Below are positions 35,639 to 55,361 of a stretch of DNA of 64,000 nt, one piece after another. The position numbers and the translations under genes are program-made. This stretch comes from the human T2T-CHM13v2.0 reference genome, Homo sapiens, in the NCBI RefSeq assembly GCF_009914755.1, contig NC_060930.1; one strand, 5' to 3'. Position 1 is the stretch's first letter; the number at the start of each line of letters is the position of its first letter. The notes below the pieces were generated by a model that was not told where the DNA came from, ran no database searches, and saw only the letters and a list, made by a program, of their open reading frames with translations.

Positions 35639-35954
35639 TCAGATCTTAAACTGCTCATATGATGGTTTGGTAAGTAATTATCAGCTCTTAACATTTTGTC
35701 AACAGGGTAGGGCTTTAGGCTTCTTTTTGTAGCTGATGAGGGTAAAGGTGTGGTTTGGCTTTGTGGACTTTAAGCTGCCTTCTCCCAGGGAATGTTTTGT
35801 TGTGTTATGCTTTTCTTTTTTGAGACAACAGTTGTGAAAGTCAATGTGGGAGTTGTGGAGAAAAGCGATACAAACATTCTTTCATTCAGCTTATTACAGG
35901 CTGTATTCTTTTGACTTACTATAGTTGGTCAGAAACATGGGACCTTAGGGTAAC

Positions 35955-36256
<302 letters not shown>

Positions 36257-36891
36257 AACCCTTTTTTTTGTCTGTTTTGAGTAGTACAGCTTTGTAGAAT
36301 TGGACAGATTTAATGGTGCAGAAGAAAGGACTTAGGAGACCAGAAGAACTCTTTTCCCACATGAGCACATTGGCTGCATCAACACAAGATTCTTGGGCAT
36401 AAACGAGTTTTGTCATATCCTGACATTCCTAGTGGGGATATTTATTAAACTGAAATTTTGTCTTTAATTTTTTTCTTAGTACACCTTAGGATATTTATTT
36501 TGGTAAAATTACTAACACAACACCTTTAGATTTTCTTAGGGATCTTGTGGCTCGCTGGACTCTTTCTGTGTGATATTTTAATTGGTTTTCAGTCTTCCTC
36601 CTCCAATTTTGTATAAATACTGCTATTTTACATTCTTGGTACGTTAATATGTTGATTTGAAAGAATTTCAGTATAGAGATACAGCCTTTGTAGCTTGATT
36701 CTATATCATATGTGAATTTTCCCCTCACATTCTGTAGGGAAGGCTTTCTAAAGCTATATTATGGAAACTTTCAAAGCCACAAAAAAGATGAGTACTACTG
36801 TGAACTCGTGATATTAATCACACAGCTTCAGCAATTCATTTTTCTGGAATATGGAAATTTAAAGCTGTGTCAGCTCTCAGTTAAAATGTTG

Positions 36892-37025
36892 GTTTTTTTT
36901 TTTTTTTCAATAGAGACAGTTTTGCTGTGTTGCCCAGGTAGGTCCCGAACTCCTGGGCTCAAACAGTTTGCCCTCCTCGGCCTCCCAGAGTGTTGGGATT
37001 ACAAGTGTGAGCCACTGTGCCCGGC
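36892..37025 (-). mobile_element. FLAM Alu monomer
   Basis: TSD ctcagttaaaatgttg at 36876-36891 and 37026-37041. Confidence 0.85.
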
Positions 37026-37068
37026 CTCAGTTAAAATGTTGCTTACTATGATAATTGTGTCCTTTTAG

Positions 37069-37278
<210 letters not shown>

Positions 37279-38551
37279 TGAGGCTTTTACTTTGTTTATT
37301 GTCCTTAGAAGTATCATGCAGGAGAACTAAGCGGTTTGGTTGTGTTTCTTTTAGTGTAAATGGTTTGAAACTGAGTCCTGAATGCATAGATCTTGCAATA
37401 TTTCTGTAGTAGAGAAGCTAAATAGATTCAGCAATCAGGTAGTTTTATTTTCACATTTATTAAAATTCGTAATTTTTTGAAGCCAGCCCTTCTACCTTCA
37501 TTAGTCTTTTGTACCTGTCAGTAAAGCATAGTTTTGTAAAATTTCACATTGCCTGCCAATCCTAGAAAGAAAGAAATACTTCCTTGCATTTCTGTACTTA
37601 GCTTCACATAGTGTGCCCGCAGTTCTACTTTCTTCCCTCTCTCTAACACGTGGGGTAGACACAGCTTTGTGTGTTCCCAGGGTGTCTGTATACCAGAGAA
37701 TATCCAAACCTACAAAACATAGTTGGGTCTTTTGGTACACTTACATCTCATTTCCTCATCTCTAATAGTCAGGAATATAATTTTAAGGCTTTGATTCGCG
37801 GCAAACAGTTGTGTAAGGCTTAGCAAGAAAAACACTTGTGCCCCTCATCCGTAGAGGTGCCTGTTACAACTCTTTGTTTTACTTACCGCTAAAAGATCTT
37901 TGTTACTCATTGACCATTTTCAGTTTTAGGCATTATCTGTTGTTTTTCTACATAGAATTTGACATTTGGCTTTCACACCCTCTGTGTCCGTCATGCATAC
38001 ATTTTCTATTCCCCTATTGTCTGTTATAATTTGGTTAGCTTTATATTCTTGGTTTATCTTATGACTCTGTAAATCCTATTCATTGCTAAACCATGAATTA
38101 CCTTATAATTTGTGTAAGTTATACAAATATGTAATATTCGTACATATAGTTTGTAATCCATAGCATACCATTGTACTTTGTGGTATAGTATTTTGTTTTT
38201 CTTGGAGCTAATACTTGTTTTATTCAGTTGCTAAGTTTTTTGACTAAGCAGTAATTCAACTCTAGACTACGCTGGCTGTGTCTGTTTTCTCTAACCTGTG
38301 CTGACTTTAGATAGTCTCATCTTTTTGAAGAAATCTTTCTTAGAACTTCCGAATGTTCTTGCCTGGACTCATTATTCTTCAGGGCTTGTTTATAGCTTGT
38401 TCTTTTGATTTCCCTTCACTGTCACCCTAGAGAGTCCCTTGGATCCCCTCTTTCCAGGCTCCCATGTCTTTGGCTTTCTTGGTTTACTCCCTTGTTCAAT
38501 GAAGAATATCATTCAGTAGCTTTCAGAGAAAGGGTTCATAGGAGGTAGAAT

Positions 38552-39108
38552 TTTTTTTTTTTTAGTTTTTTTTCATTGATAAGGAAAAATTGTATCTATT
38601 TATGGTGTACAGTATGATGTTTTGATATATGTATACCTTATGGAATGGCTAAGTCAAGCTGGTTAACATGGGCATTACTTCACATATTTATCATTTTTTT
38701 GTGGTAAGAACACTTAAAATCTACCCTTAGCAATGTTCAAATGTACAGTGTACTGTTATTCACTATAATCACTGTAATGTATAATATCTTGAACTTATTT
38801 CTCCTGTCTTACTGAAATTTTGTGTCCTTTGACAGATATCTCCCTGGTTCCCTCACCCCTCAGCCTCTAGTAACCACCATTTTACTCTTTTTCTGTGAGT
38901 TTGACTTTTTTAGATCCCACAAATAAGTAAAATCATGGGGAATTTGTCTTTCTGTATCTGGCTTACTTGATGTAATGTCCTTCAGTTTCATCCATGTTGT
39001 CACAAATGACAGGATTTCTTTTTTAAGGCTGAATAGTATTTTATTGTGTTTATGTATCACATATTTTTAAATTCATTTCTCCACTGGTGGACCCTTAGGT
39101 TGTTTCCA
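38552..39108 (-). mobile_element. L1MA 3' end inserted into older antisense L1M sequence (~38000-40220)
   Basis: TSD gaggtagaatttt; minus ORF ILSFVTTWMKLKDI. Confidence 0.8.
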
Positions 39109-40224
39109 GAGGTAGAATTTTTCAAGATCTTGCATATCTGTTAATTACTAATCTACCCTCTTGGTTGATAGTATAACTGGGTATAGAATCCCAGATTGCA
39201 GTGGTTTTTGTTCACAGTGTTGAAGGTAGCACTGCAAGGTCTTCTGGCTTCCACTGTTGCTCTTGAGACCTCCTATACTGTTGAGTTTGTTAAAAGTAAA
39301 CCTCGTTTTTTCTTTTCTTGAAGCTTACATTATCTTACATGATTTATGATGCATGTTTCTTGGTGAAGGTCTTTTTCAACCACTGTGGATCTTTTCATTC
39401 CAGAGACTCATGGCCTTCAATTTTGTAAAATTATTTTGAATTAAAATTGTTTTTCTCCCTTTCATTGATCTCTTTATGAACCTCCAGGTTTTCTATTAAT
39501 TCCTCTGCAGTTTTCTATCTTACTGATTTTGATTTATTTGTAGGAGGTTTTCTCAATTTTATCTTTATTCAGTTTTTAATTTACTATCATATATGTAATG
39601 TTTAAGAGCTTTTTAAAATTTTGTTCAGTATTTTTTTTTTTTACCATCTCTTATTTCATGAGTATCTTATTTCTCTGAGGCTGTTAATGATGGTTTTGTT
39701 TTTATAAGTTTTCTTTTCCTTGCATAGTTTCTAAGTTTTTTGTTTTGTTTCCTTTCTGTCTTTCCTTATGGGTATTTCCTCAAATGTCCGGTGCTCTTTG
39801 CCTGTGTCTAGAAGTGGGTGGGGGGCAATCACAAGCTGATTGGAAGCTCCTTAGGTGTGGGTAGGGCTCCTTGACTCCTGGCTTCCCTGGAGGCTGATCT
39901 GGCTGGGATGTTTCACTGGGAGAGTTCTTGATGTCAGTGTTAGTTCTTTTGGGTCAGTGTTAGTTGTTTTTGCTTAGGTTAGTCATATTCCTCAGAGAAG
40001 TAATTTCCAGTCTCCTATCTACAGGGTATAAAGTTGGCCAGTCTCTGGGAACCTAGTTGGGGAAAAAGGCTGGATGTCTCCAATCTAAAATAAAAACTTC
40101 TGCTTCATTTCTCTATTTTCATAGTGATAATTTTGCTCTTAACTCTTCCTGGTATTCTCTGGTTTAGAAATCTTTTTTGTACTCTCTTCAGAGAGTAAAG
40201 CCCCTCTGTTTTTTGTAAATCCTG

Positions 40225-40256
40225 TGAGAGACAGACAGAGAGAGAGAGAGAGAGAG

Positions 40257-40292
<36 letters not shown>
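40225..40292. repeat. Compound (GA)n(GT)n microsatellite
   Basis: Read directly from the sequence. Confidence 0.95.
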
Positions 40293-40293
<1 letters not shown>

Positions 40294-40946
40294 CTAAAAA
40301 TCCTATAGACTTTGTTTTTTATTATCACTCTTTTTCTTCTCATTTTATATTGTTTCGTGAAAGTTTACAAAATTATGGCACACTAGTTATTAGCCAGCTC
40401 AAGGCTTTGAGGAGGTCTGAACATAGGGTTTCTCAAGTAAATAAGTAAAATATCTAGCATATCAGAAGCTTTAAAAACAATAATGTGATCTTGCATTTAT
40501 TTCCTTGGATTCTGAACACAAGTAAGGAATGTGTTTCAGGGTGTTCAAGGCCAGATAAAGTGTCAGATAAGCCTGTTCGGACAGACTGGGAAAGAGAAAA
40601 CCTAACCACTCACAGAGGAAATATGGAGGGACCTAAACAGTCCAGAATACAGACAGGAATCCACTTAAACTGTATAGACCTGTTAATAACAGGGGGCAAT
40701 AATGGCTATAGGTATTGTAAGAATCCCACTAGCCATCTTCTCCTGGTGGCCCTGAAGTGATGGAGATGCTTCTGATAGAGGCTCTGTCAGTGTTACATGG
40801 CTTAGTATTGCTCGTGCATGTGCAGCACTTATCCAGCCCTTTCATTAAAATACAGAGCATGCTTTCCTGGTTCTGTCACTTTATCCATGCCTCAGCCTTT
40901 CAGATGTCTCCACTTCTGTGACAGATAGGAATAACCTGTCCCCCAC

Positions 40947-41162
40947 TTTTTTTTTTTTCAGACAGGGTCTCACTCCCATTACCCAGGCTGGAGTGCAGTG
41001 GCATGATCACGGCCACTGTGCCCAGACAGTTTTTTTACTTTTAGTAGAGACAGGGTTTCGCCATATTGCCCCAGGCTGGTCTCGAATTCCTGGGTTCAAG
41101 TGATCTGCCCGCCTTGGCCTCTCAGAGTGCTGGGGATTACAGGCATGAACCACTGCACCTGA
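40947..41162 (-). mobile_element. Internally deleted AluJ
   Basis: TSD ccccacttttt. Confidence 0.8.
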
Positions 41163-41314
41163 CCCCCCACTTTTTTCAGTGGTGCTGTTTGAAGAAGTTT
41201 GCAAGTGTGAATATTCACACTTGAAATTAAAAAAAATAGTTTTTTTTTTTAATTTTGGGAAAAAATTACATTATAGGACAATATAAGGGACATTTAATGG
41301 AACTCCTTTCATGG

Positions 41315-43820
<2,506 letters not shown>

Positions 43821-44009
43821 TCCTTTTGTGTTTTTAATAGGCTTTTTAACTGATTGTTAAAGAATATTGAAGTAATGAGTGAATGTTAACTGGGAGCGTA
43901 GTAGTTATTTTGAAAAAGCACAAAACAGGTTTAGAACCTGAGCCATATGCAGTAAGTTTGGGGCTTGTAACTTTGGATTTCTCTTCTAAAAGATGTGGGG
44001 GAAGTTATA

Positions 44010-46240
44010 TATTTGTTGGAATTGGGTTTAGCTGTAACAGAAAACCTCTAACAGTGGCCTAAATAGAATAGAGGTTTATTTCTGTTTCATGTTCTAAGTG
44101 TTGAGAGATAAATCAAACTGGGGCTTGTGTGGCACTCCCTGGTGTCAGGGACCTGGGCACCTGCTTTTTTGTCCTCCCCCATGTCAGGTTTCTCTTCTTA
44201 GTTTCTCCTTGTGGCAGGTACAGTCGCTGCAGGGCCAGCCGTCATGTTTGCATATAGCCTGCAAGAAGGAGGAAAAAGGGCACACCCTTTCCCTTCTTAA
44301 GAACACATCTCTTGCACACATCATTCTGTCTGTCCTGCTGGCCAGAACTTAGGCACACATGTCCTAGCTACTGGGGCATGTGATATTTGTTCTGGGTAGC
44401 CAGGTGGTGGTTAAGAATTGAGGCTTCTGTTACTATGGAGGAAGAGAATGGGTGCTTGGTGACAAGAAGTCTCTGCCACAGTAAAATAAATATCTACTAA
44501 TGAAAATGATTATGATTGGTTGAAGCCCTTTGGAACCTCTAAGATGAACTGACAGAAGTTGAGATTTAGTCTAGTCTGTGACATATTTTTTTGTAAAATT
44601 TTGATAAATTTTGTTTTCACTTTGTGAGCTTTTATTGGTTCAGTGTCTGTTCTATGTGTGATAAAGGCGGTACCTCTGGCTGCTGTTGTGTGTAGCTAGG
44701 GGTAAGAGGAGTTTTGCTTCTGTCTCTTGGCCTCCTCTGATGTAGTCTAGGGTATATCAGTCAAGATTTAATTAAGGAAACAGAACCACTAGGAAAATCA
44801 TGGAATAAGGAATTTGTTAGAGGAATTAGTCCCATATACAGTTATGGGAAAAGCAGGGCATTAAAGGTCTGAAAAGGAGTGTTAAAGATTGGAGAAAGGT
44901 CACCAGCCCTGGTGTGGAGTGAGTCATAGCTTACAGGGAAATCTGGAGGCCAGGCATGGAAGTCTGGAGGGTTGTTGACTCTTTGTCACTACTGTTACTG
45001 TGAGTTTGAAGCAGAAGTCTGGTCACCAGGGCTGCCTGTAAAGGAGGAGAATTGGATATATGGAGCAGTGGGGTGCAAGGACACACTGAAACTTGCCAGC
45101 TCCTCTGCAAGTCTGTCACTACCTCTGACCAATGATGGCCTTCAGAGTGTAGTGGTTGCTACTTCACCTCTGTCACCTCTGCTTCTCCTTCTGCCTCTAC
45201 CTCTGTTTTACTTTTGATGAACTCTACTCAGTACCAAGATGGAAGAGGATTCTGGGAAACATCCCAGTGTAACCACGTCAACAAAGGATAATTCACCACA
45301 TAGGAGACAGCTCTCAGATGCACCGGCATTTTACTGGGCCAATCTCATACTGGGCCAAACTCCCCCACTCCTTTAGCCACACCATTTTTGGGAGTGTTGC
45401 CTATTTGTAATTTTGGCACATATGATATTTCACGTCACCCACTCTTCCAGGAATATATACTTTTGCCATTTGATTCTTATTTCTCCTCTTTCCTATGCAG
45501 AAGATCTAAGCCTACATACGTTTCTTTCTAGTAAATGCTTTATATTTGGAATAGCAAAAAGGACACACACAGGGCCTTTGATAATGTGAAATTCAAGATT
45601 TTTTTTCATGAATAAAGATATACAGAATAATGGAATAAGTCTTGCTCTGGTTATTTTCATTTTGCCTCAAAATTTAGTGATTTAGTGCATTTTACTATGC
45701 TTATGACTTCTGTGAGTCAGGAATTCAGACAGGGCACAGAAGGAGTGGTTAGTCTGTGCTCCATGATGTCTAGGGCCTTAGTAAGGAGGACTCAGCGGTT
45801 CTGTGTGATTTGATGGATAGGGGATAGAGTCATTTGGAGGTGTTGTCTTTCCATGTCTGGTGGTTGATGCTGGCTGTTGGTGGGGTGGGTCCTCAGCTGG
45901 GAATGTGGAGTGAATCTGCATGTGGTCTTTCCATGAGGCTTGGGCTTTCTCATAGTGTAGTGGTCTCAGAACAGTTGAACTTCTCACGTGGTATCTCAGG
46001 GCTCCACTGTGAGTGCGGTGGGAAGCTGCGTTATTTTTTCTAAACTAACCTGGGAGGTCAAGCATTGTCACTTTTGTTGTGTTCTGTTGGTTTCAGGTGA
46101 ATCACAAGCCCACCTAGATTTATGGGGAGGGAACATAGACCCTACCTCTTGATGGAAGGAGTATCACAGTTGGATTTTAAGAACATGAAACATGAGAGAG
46201 AAGGTTGTGACCATCTTTGGAAAATAAACTTTGCCACAGG
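44010..46240. mobile_element. Cluster of old MaLR (MLT1) LTR fragments (~44010-44480, ~44750-45300, ~45635-46240)
   Basis: gtaacagaaaacc...gtggcctaaa, caggaattcagacagggcacag and ctcttgatggaagga motifs. Confidence 0.5.
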
Positions 46241-46623
46241 CCCTAAGTTGGACATAAAGAGATTTATGGGTACAAAGATAGCACTGAGGACAGGGTTACA
46301 GTGAAGGGACTAAAGAGAACATGGTCAGTTCTGCCTAAAGAGATCAGCAAGACTTCTGAAAGGGACCTGACCCCCACAAGTTGTTTTCTTGTGCAGTGGA
46401 AAGGTTGCTTGGGAGTATCTTAAGTTCCCAGTAGAAGAAACAGACCTCAGAGATACTAATGAAGACTGGATAGAGAATTCAGTGGTGAAGCCAGACTAAA
46501 ACCCAGGCATTCAGACATTTGGCCTAAGCTGGGAAATTTGAATTCTTGTAATAGTAATTTCATATGTGAGGCCACAAAAGCACACCTCTACACATAAAAC
46601 TTTATTTGATGTATAAAACTTCT

Positions 46624-47883
<1,260 letters not shown>

Positions 47884-47983
47884 CTAATGTGATGTGTTAG
47901 ATTGATAGAAGGAATGGAAACATTGAAATCTGCCATGACTGGTATTCATTTTCTCTGTTAGCTTTCATTGAGAAAATGAGTAA

Positions 47984-48241
<258 letters not shown>

Positions 48242-48417
48242 TGAACACGTTTTTATTTTAGAAAAACTTGAATTCAAGGACTTAGCATATTTGCTTTAGT
48301 AATGTTTACGGAGAATGACTACTTATTGTGTTGGATTTTCCTCTTTGATTTCTTCTTCATAGTAATAAATAATAGTGTCCAGGAAATGGTTAAATACTGT
48401 GGAGTGCCTCCCCGCCT

Positions 48418-48575
48418 TTCTTTAAGATGGAGTCTCGCTCTGTTACCCAGGCTGGAGTGCAGTAGCGCGATCTCAGCTTACGGAACCCCTCTGCCTCCCG
48501 GGTTCAAGCGATTCTCGTGCCTCAGCCTTCTGAGTAGCTGGGATTACAGACATCCGCCACCATGCCTGTCTAATT
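48418..48575 (-). mobile_element. Alu right-arm fragment
   Basis: Partial reverse-complement Alu. Confidence 0.8.
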
Positions 48576-48774
48576 GGAGTGTTCTTTTGCAAAGCTTCGG
48601 ATCCTATCACGTTATTTTTGAATACTTTGTATTTGATTTTAGAGTAGATTGATTCATTTTTAATGATTACTTTGTGAATTTTATTATGTAATCCTTTTAT
48701 GTATGTATTACTATTGCTTTCCCTCCAGCATTTTATTATGAAAATTTCAGGCATTTAGAAAGGTTGAAAGAATG

Positions 48775-49717
<943 letters not shown>

Positions 49718-50208
49718 AATGGTAAAGTGAACATCCATATACCCACCACTTAGATTCTAAGATCGTTAATATTTTACTATATTTGCTTTATCACATATCC
49801 ATCCACCAATCCATCATAATTTTTAATGCATTTCGAAGTAACTTGCAGGTAGCAGTTTGTTTGATCCCAAAACACTTCCACATGCGTTAACTAGAATTCA
49901 GTATTTCTTTATAACTCTTGCTTAGTTTTAAGCTGCTGTTTTTTAAGAAGAATCTTTAAAATACAAATGTTATGGAAGCATGTAGTAGGAAAATGGAATT
50001 GGAACTTACAATGGTTGGAAATATTTGGGGTTTACTTTGAATTTTAAGTGTTAAGATATGTCTTCCTACTGGTTATTTAGTAGAGAAAGCACTTCAGGCT
50101 ATTACACATATCATGACAGCAGAACCAAGAAGCATTGGCAGCCAGTCTTAAACATTTAACACTTCTTGAGAGTCTTGTAAGAGAGCATAATCCCTCATTT
50201 CCTATGTT

Positions 50209-50521
50209 TAGTCGGCTCTCTGTATCTGAGGATTCCACATCTGTGAATTCAACCAACTGTGGATAAAAAATATTCCAAAAAACTCAAACAGTACAACAAT
50301 AACAAATAACACAAATAAAAATACAATATACCAACTATTTATATAGCATTTACATTGTATTAGGTATTATAAGTAACCTAGAGATGATTTAAAGTACATG
50401 GGAGGATGTGCATACGTTATATGCAAATACGATGCCGTTTTATATCAGGGAGTTGAGTATCTGCAGGGAGTTGAGTATTGGTCCTGGAACCAATCCCCGG
50501 TGGATACTTAGGGACAACTGT
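50209..50521. mobile_element. MER2 DNA transposon
   Basis: agtcggctctctgtatc...ttcaaccaac...ggaaccaatcccc...gggacaactg|ta. Confidence 0.8.
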
Positions 50522-51224
50522 ATGTCTTGTCTCTCACCTAGATTGTAAAATCCTTGGGGGTGGGAACCATGTCTTATGTGATAACACCTTACCTATCAGG
50601 AATAGCTGTCTGGCAGCATCACCGTTCTGCAACACACCAATATACAGGAAATAGGCAACCAGGAAAAAAAAAGACTTTGAATAATTAAAATATAGGTTGC
50701 TGCAAAATCTGTGGATCTTATTCCTAGGAGAATCTCTTAGGCCTCACTCAGGAACTTACTCATGTTTAGATGTGATTTCAAAAGTGTGGTGTTTGGTTTC
50801 CAAACAAAATGTAAAAGGAGGAACTATTTAATAAAGTGTGTACATTTGTAATAATGACAGTGATAGTGATGTGAGAACCAACAGCTTGATAGGGAGGGAG
50901 GAGACAAATATACACAAAACTCAAAGAGTCATCTGGGGTCATTGAGTGTGGTGGCCCACCTCCCTGCCCACTGCATGTTCTTAGTCGCCCTAATGTGCCA
51001 AGAAAAGGTTGAAATAATGTTTAGTGGACGTAGTTTAGGAAGGCAAGAAAATATCAAATGTAGTGATTATTGTAAGTCAGTAAAATAAAAATACCATGCT
51101 AGCTAGACCAAACATTGATTTTAACCTAGAGATCCTAACAAAACCAGCTGGACAGAATTTTGAAATCTTTATTCTTTTTTTTTTCTATATTTCCTGTGAA
51201 ATAATTTATGTGAAAAACATTTGA

Positions 51225-51584
<360 letters not shown>

Positions 51585-52744
51585 TAAGACTTGATGAAAG
51601 GGAATATTTTGGGCTCAAAACCCACCTTTCTTTATGCTTACTAGGTTTGTGAATATTGATGTTCGTTGTTGATTTCACTGAAGTTTTCTTTAGCAAGCTG
51701 AGGTAGAAAGCTAACTGTAAAAAGTTAAGTTTTGCTTCTGCCCGTGTTACTGCGTTTATTACTTTGCTATTGGGCCTTATTATCTAATGCCACAGAAATC
51801 ATTGTGAAATTAAAAAAAAAACTTCTAATGATACTGGCTTGTCTTCAGTTTAAAATTAATTCTAACCTCATGTATATATTTGGTTGATTTATATATGTTT
51901 TTTAAAGTTCAAATTGATATCAACTAAAGCCAACTCTGAATGGATACATAAGAATTAAATAGATTAAGAACCTCATGCATGCAGAGCATGCATTTGGACA
52001 TTTGAGGGGATCTAAAGTTGAATAAAGATGTCCTTTGTCCTAAGGAAATTTATATTCTGGGGAGATTGACAGTACTAAACTAAGTCCAAAAATAATTGCA
52101 ATATCAGAACAGAATAAGCCCTTTGAGTAAAACCAGTGTGCTTAGGGTAGTTAAAGAAGGGAATAGTCACATTTGTTGGGTAACAGGAAAGCCTTATTAG
52201 AGGAGCTATGTTCTGAAGGAGGGTGGGGGCTGTCTCAGATGGAGACTACAATATGAGTAAGCATGGAGGATGTTTTAGATATAGCAACTCATCTGTTCCT
52301 CACACCTGGTACATGTAAGCACTGAGGATGGATGGGAAAACTCTGGGTACCAGGAGGCTTTTTTGGGAACCAGGACTCTACTTTCTTTCTTCTGCATGGG
52401 ATTTAGTATTTCCATTAAAAATAAACACATACATACAAATTCAAGTATCTTTTAGAGTGGATTTTATTAGTCCAAGGACAAACTAACTTTTGAACCTGTT
52501 CTTTTCATTTGCTGTTAACTTTCGGTGTCAGAAATGTGTTCCCTCAAAGTGGTCTTTTTTTCTGCCCTGGCCTCAGACCTCCTGTTGGAATATCCCAGAG
52601 TATCTTCAGTGATCACAAGTGAAAGTTTTTGGTTGGTCTTAATGTTGGGAAGAAGGGGGGATAGAAAATAAACATAAGACTTGTCTTAGCTCTGAAGTCA
52701 GGATTATTTTTCTAGAATTAATATTAGGCTGATTTTTTTTGAGA

Positions 52745-52978
52745 CTTTTTTTCTCTTTCTGTAATTTTTAATTTTTGTGGATACATAGTAGGTGTGTATA
52801 TTTATGGGGTACATGAGATATCTTGATACAGGCATGCATGTGTAATAATCATATCGTGGAAAATGGGGTATTCATCCCCTCAAGCATTTAACCTTTGTGT
52901 TTGAAACCATCCAATTATTCTTAGTTATTTTAAAATGTACAGTTATTTTGACTAGAGTCACCCTGTTGTGCTATCAAT
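52745..52978 (-). mobile_element. L1MA 3' end
   Basis: tatttatggggtacatgagata...gtcaccctgttgtgctatcaa. Confidence 0.8.
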
Positions 52979-52995
52979 TTTTAAGAGACTCATAA

Positions 52996-53277
<282 letters not shown>

Positions 53278-53560
53278 TGAAGAATAGCCATTAAATGTCC
53301 CAAGATCTCTACCTAGTCCTTTTTAATATTGAAAAAACTTCTAAAGTAAATAACTTATGTCATTAATAATGTATCCTCACATAATTAACATACTCACAAT
53401 ATTTTGATGAGCATTCTTAAAAATATATATATGGAAATTTAAATACATTCTGTCAAATTCATTATGCTTCTCTAAAATACACATAGGTAGTCTTTTAGAC
53501 ATTGCTTCAATCTAGCAAAGAAAAGATGTTATTGGTTAGTCTTAAAAACAAATACATCTT

Positions 53561-53684
53561 GGTTCCTGGGTGGTGCGATGTACGAGCCTGTAGTCTCAGC
53601 TGCTCGAGAGGCTGAGGTGGGAGGATTCTTTGGGCCCAGGAGTTTGAATCCAGTCCGGGGAACATAGTAAGACCTCTATCTAAA
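53561..53684 (+). mobile_element. FLAM Alu monomer
   Basis: gcctgtagtctcagct...cccaggagtttga. Confidence 0.75.
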
Positions 53685-53811
53685 CTGGAGTTGGAAATTT
53701 AGATAGAGTGTGTCAAAATAATATTAGTAACACTTTGTACTAATATATCTTATACGTAATTACTTTCTCATTTGCACGTAACAGCACAGTGATATAAATA
53801 GGATCGGTATT

Positions 53812-54020
53812 ACAGGTTGAACATTGCTAATCCAAAAATCCAACACCTGAAATGCTCCAAAATTCAAAACTTTTTGAGTGCCGACATGAAGCTCAAAAGA
53901 AATGCTCATTGAAGCTTTTTGGATTAGAGTTAGTATAATGCAGATGTTCCAGAATCTGAAAAAATCAGAAATCCAAGATACTCTGGGCCCAGATATTTCT
54001 AGTAAGGAATACTCAACAAG
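53812..54020. mobile_element. Tigger4/Zombi-type MITE
   Basis: ta|caggttgaacattgctaatcc...aaggaatactcaac. Confidence 0.75.
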
Positions 54021-54736
54021 CTCAGATGAATTGAGGTCTCATGGTCTCAACTTTCTCAGGTCTCATGGTGGGTAAGTGGTGAATCCTAAACTAGAACTGA
54101 TATTTTATGACCCCTTTCAGTAGCTGCAGTCCATTGCTGGATGATTTTAGGGACCTTGAATCTCAGGGGATTGGAGTGAGAATGACATCAGTGGAAACAA
54201 TATTTTAGAGGGGACCCATGTAAATGTGCTTTTCAGTGGGGAACAGAGGATGATACTTTTTGTGTTTAGTTCTCAGCTACTTTGAGTTACATTTACTCCT
54301 TCAGAAATGGCATGAAATTTTAATGTGTTATCCCACATTATTCATAAGAATCAGGAAACAATACATTTTTTGGCTGGCTTTTTGAGTTAAAAGTCAGTAA
54401 TTTTGGAGTGAAAGGGAAGAAAGAGTTTTGTCGTGGGAGTCTCTTTGGAGTTTAGGTTTTCCATTTAGATGAGAAAAGTTTGTTACGTGATATGGATCCA
54501 TGCAAGTTTGGAGAATGCTCTAGTAGACATTGGAAGCTCTTAGTTTCTATTATAATGAGAGTGAATAGACTGATTCATTTCTGTTGCCTTAGCATTGCCT
54601 TTCTACAAACTTAAACCGATTTCTAAACTTTAGCTATTGAACACACATGATCTTACATACCAAAGTGTTTTTAGCTTTACTGAGAGATATCAAATACGCT
54701 ATAGCTGCAATAAAGGATATAAAAATCATTTTTTAG

Positions 54737-54865
<129 letters not shown>

Positions 54866-55115
54866 TGATTGCTGCGTTTTACATCATTCATAAAGACTAT
54901 AAAACAAAATTTCATCTACTTTCTGGAATATAGCAAAGTAGTTCTCAAATCCAATCTTTAAAATGTTTCAGTAGTACCAGAAAGAATTTAGAAGGAAAAA
55001 AATGGAAATTGCTTTTGAAAATGTAAAACCGCTGTTTAATTCATGCTGTAACAGGTAATAACATTAATATATTATAGTGATATGTTTGGTAATTGTATTT
55101 GTTTTAAAATTTTAG

Positions 55116-55361
<246 letters not shown>

